A stretch of 64,000 bases of DNA, from the NCBI GenBank assembly GCA_030390025.1, contig CM059431.1:108068001-108132000 (forward strand), given 5' to 3'. The stretch is from Squalus acanthias (lineage: Eukaryota). The position numbers were made by a program, and so were the translations under genes. Below are positions 63,880 to 64,000 of this stretch, one piece after another; positions within the stretch are counted from its first letter, which is position 1, and the number at the start of each line of letters is the position of its first letter. The notes beneath the pieces were generated by a model, which was given only the letters and a program-made list of their open reading frames with translations, was not told the DNA's origin and did not search any database.

Positions 63880-64000
63880 ATTACCCTTACAACAGTGGTG
63901 ACCGAGAGGAAAAGGCCATCTATGTTTTGATCTTTGGAAAAGTAATTTAAAAGCTTTTGTGATTTACAGACATGCCAGTTCCTCTTACTGCATCTTTGTA

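Noticed and set aside
1..64000. CRISPR arrays, operons or prokaryotic defence systems
   Set aside because: No regularly spaced repeat-spacer array; the sequence is vertebrate intron with spliceosomal exons

Overview
This is eukaryotic DNA, by inference from a cartilaginous fish (shark-type repeat families). The window lies inside one large minus-strand gene, a kelch-like BTB-BACK gene most similar to vertebrate KLHL1. Three coding exons are present (58635-58817, 44484-44620, 25944-26140; 183/137/197 nt), with canonical GT-AG sites and phases 2-2-1-0, and they splice into one open frame. No other exon was found, so the rest appears to be intron. The introns hold many 5'-truncated CR1 and L2-type LINE fragments, about a dozen tRNA-headed DeuSINE (SacSINE1-like) copies, a second tRNA-headed SINE, decayed PIF/Harbinger transposons and MITEs, and short Penelope-like elements. 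Highlights: (i) minimal hammerhead-ribozyme cores in Penelope-like inserts with target-site duplications (TSDs); (ii) fold-back mini-elements from the same family that lack the ribozyme core; (iii) a 560-bp non-repeat segment duplicated between two SINEs; (iv) a possible LF-SINE-like relic; (v) two SINE/LINE pairs with shared tails; (vi) a clean internal inversion in an L2 copy. I cannot support a wholly new biological system. Family names come from recall, not from database searches, and most repeat boundaries are approximate.
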